From Octopus vulgaris (lineage: Eukaryota), in NCBI GenBank assembly GCA_951406725.2, contig OX597832.1:38006001-38070000 (forward strand): 64,000 bases of DNA. Reading direction: 5' to 3'. Under the pieces are notes generated by a model, which made no database searches, was not told the origin of the DNA, and saw only the letters and a program-made list of their open reading frames with translations. The translations under genes and the position numbers were made by a program. Shown here piece after piece: positions 60,459 through 64,000 of the stretch (position 1 is the stretch's first letter; every line of letters begins with the position of its first letter).

Positions 60459-60460
60459 GC
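60197..60460. repeat. (TAG)n followed by a long (GAA)n tract
   Basis: Direct inspection; variant units gaatgag and gaaaag recur. Confidence 0.95.
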
Positions 60461-60631
60461 AGTAGTTCTTGACGTTCTTGCAGCTGTTGTACTTTGGTAC
60501 TTAGATGCTGCCTTCATCATAGTTTTAGTTGGTATTTTTTGTTGGTAGTAGTTTGTATTGTTGCGGCGGTAGTAGTCCGAGGTATTGTAGTAGTTGGTAG
60601 GTAGTGCTTCTAATGATAGTATGCTTTCTTG

Positions 60632-60662
<31 letters not shown>

Positions 60663-60889
60663 TCCTGTTGTTATAGTGGTAAAAGTTAGTGTTGTCGAGG
60701 TAGTAGTAGTAGTAGTAGTTTGGGTTGTTGTAGAAATGAGTTGCGATCTGGAGTAACGTTAAACAAAGTGTCAGTGCCGACGCTCTAACCACTGAGCCAT
60801 GCTCCTTCATTTGTAATTAATTTGCAAGTCTGCTAATTATTCTACCGAACTGGTAATTTACGGGAAATATATCAACAAGCGGTGGGCAA

Positions 60890-60930
<41 letters not shown>

Positions 60931-61088
60931 ATACACACACTCATACACGCAAACACACAACACACAACACAAACACATACACACTAGGCATGTGTGTGGT
61001 TAAAAGTACGTCCCCCAAATAAATGGTTCCAGGTTCACTCTCCTTGCGAAGAGATTTGGTACATGGAAACTGAAAAAAAAAACCGTCG

Positions 61089-61190
<102 letters not shown>

Positions 61191-61676
61191 CATATATTTC
61201 CGGGTTGAGTCCCATTGCGTGGCACCATGTATATACATATATATAACAGGCTTCGAAACAGCTTGTGTCTACCAACTTCACTCCGTAGGCATTACAAGAC
61301 ACTTGCTCGAGGTGCTGTGCAGTGGAACTGAACCCGAAACCACATTGTTGCAAAACGAGCCCCTTTACACATAGCCACCCCTGCACTTATATGCACCCCT
61401 TTTTATATGTAACTGTTAATGGCGTAGCGTGAGTCATGGTTGCTCAGGTATCAAATTTGTAACCTACTTCCTGAAATATAGCATAATTTTTTATCCAGAA
61501 AAAGTGGCCGCCGCGCAAAACCGCTCACCCCATGCTACATCACTGGCACTAAGTGCCACGGAATGGGCCGCTGCACCCAAGTTAATATTTGTTGCTGGTG
61601 CTTCACAACTGTTTATTTGGCGCGTATATGGCATCCTGGTATATTCGTAGCTAGCCTCGGTATACTCTCTTGCTCT

Positions 61677-61893
61677 TTACTCTTTTACTTGTTTCACTCA
61701 TTTGACGGCGGCCATGCTGGAGCACCGCCTTTAGTCGAGATAATCTACCCCCAGGACTTATTCTTTGTAAGCCTAGTACTTATTCTATCGGTCTATTTTG
61801 CCGAACCGCTAAGTTACGGGGACGCAAACACACCAGAATCGGTTGTCAAGCGATGTTGGGAGGACAAATACAGACACACAAACACACACACAC

Positions 61894-61924
<31 letters not shown>

Positions 61925-62078
61925 CGACGGCCTTCTTTCAGTTTCCGTCTGCCAAATCCACTCACTAGGATTTGGTCAGCCCGAGTCTATAGTAGAAGAC
62001 ACTTGCTAAGATGCCACGCAGTGGGACTGAACCCGGAACCATGTGTTTGGTAAGCAAGCTACTCTCCACACAGCCACT
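61677..62078 (-). mobile_element. Full-length tRNA-derived SINE (same family as 42974)
   Basis: Reverse complement: head gtggctgtgtgg..gggttcagtccc, microsatellite middle, 27108-type tail. Confidence 0.85.
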
Positions 62079-62333
62079 CTGGAGTCCGTGTCAATATCCA
62101 TTGCTCATAGATGCATAGAACATCATACACAGACAGACATACACACACACACACACGCCCACAAACACACAAACTCACACATGCACACGCACACATACAG
62201 ACACTCACACTCACACACATACACACACGGCTCGCGCGCGCTTTTTTCTATGCAATCAGTCTAATTGAATATATTCACACTAATCATCATTTGTATTTAA
62301 CAAAAGTGAAAGTTGTGTGTATGGATATGTAAC

Positions 62334-62367
<34 letters not shown>

Positions 62368-62458
62368 AATATGCAATTACGTATTCATTGGTTTTCCATT
62401 CATCCGTTATTCTATCTATCTATCTATCTGTCTCTCTGTCTGCCTGCCTGTCTCTCTG

Positions 62459-62519
<61 letters not shown>

Positions 62520-62575
62520 GTCTCTCTGTCTATCTGTCTCTCTGTCTATCTGTCTGTCTGTCTATCTATCTATCC

Positions 62576-62639
<64 letters not shown>

Positions 62640-62644
62640 GTCTG

Positions 62645-62777
<133 letters not shown>

Positions 62778-63389
62778 TTATATATCTGTCTGTCTGTCTG
62801 TCTGCCTGCCTGCCTGCCTGCCTGCCTGCCCGTCTGCTTGCCTGTCTGTTTGTCTGTCCGTTTCTCCATCTCTCTGTTTATCTATAGTATCTCGTTATAG
62901 GTACACCCATGAGAATGTTTTGCTAGAAATATGATAGACAGTTTTGAGTTCTGTCTCTTGGAGGTCCACTTATAAGTTTATCTAATATCAGATGATTTTT
63001 TTTTTACTTCTTTACCTCTATATTAACATATCTCTCTCTCTCTCTCCCTCTTTCTCTCCTGCTTTTCCTTCATCTTTCTTTTCCTCTCTTTTCCTCTCTC
63101 CCACCCTATCTTTTATTTGTACGCCATTATTTTTGCTCCCCTGTACCTGTCCCACCAACGATCTAAATATTAGCCAACCGCTATGCAAATGCACACATAC
63201 TTAGTCTCTCACGCTCACACATCCTGCACAGATGCAGACACACACATGTACACGCATAGACACACAAGTATGAACCTCTGCAGTGCGAGCAAATCATAAA
63301 CCTATAAAACACATTCATATATTTACCGATACGTATACGTCTATGTGGCTGGTATGCATGTTCGCACAATGAAAGGAAAATCTCTCTCG

Positions 63390-63431
<42 letters not shown>

Positions 63432-63672
63432 CTCGCCCTCGCTCTCTCACTCGCATGAAGTCTTGACTTAGTTGATTTCAAAAGTACACATATATGTAAA
63501 CACACATATTATTGTACACGCGCCCACCCCTCAACACACACTCCCATTCACACATATGTGACTGTGTTTTAGTATAAATTAAAGATTTTTAAATCAAATT
63601 TCTGTTACTCTTATGATTCGTTTCGGACAAGATGTTCTTAATTACATTAATCCACACACACACGCACACATA

Positions 63673-63725
<53 letters not shown>

Positions 63726-64000
63726 GTATGTCTACTTTGATCATATGATCCTTCAATGACTTCAGACCAAAGACCAAAGATATTCCCCTTCAGCCAATAA
63801 CAAATTTTTCGTTCCATTACTTCTGATGAATATTGCCAAACTGTTTCCCTAAAAATCCCTCACATTCTCTATACATTATACATTATACATTATACAAAGA
63901 GTTCTTCCCTACATGCTATAACGATTCTTTTAATGAAACTCATTTCAAAACTCATGCTTGTAACCGTTTTCTCTTAATCAACCAAATTTTGCTCCACATA

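Overview
AT-rich, microsatellite-saturated eukaryotic DNA. The SINE families and the (TA)n/(CA)n/(TACA)n/(GATA)n density point to a coleoid cephalopod, probably Octopus (inferred). I found no intact host gene. Nearly all ORFs in the track are translations of microsatellites; one short candidate exon lies at 57128-57164. The window is a transposon graveyard. It holds tRNA-derived SINEs (several with clean TSDs), 3' ends of RTE, CR1 and HERO-like LINEs, relics of pogo/Tigger, mariner, Tc1, maT/rosa-like and possibly piggyBac transposases, a non-autonomous Helitron, and many Penelope-like (PLE) fragments. The strongest hidden signal is RNA structure. About 9 type-I hammerhead ribozyme (HHR) motifs with both core boxes, plus several decayed or half motifs, sit in short PLE pseudo-LTR-like modules, mostly next to (TA)n tracts. 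They include a family with a CUGU-N-GA core and a tRNA/Pol III-headed element that carries an HHR. Other highlights are a tRNA-like unit enclosed in ~100-bp inverted arms, a ~1-kb palindrome whose second arm preserves the empty Helitron site, several fold-back palindromes, templated insertions, and a suspicious tandem duplication at 45.3-48.8 kb. All structures were folded by eye, and the boundaries of degraded elements are approximate.
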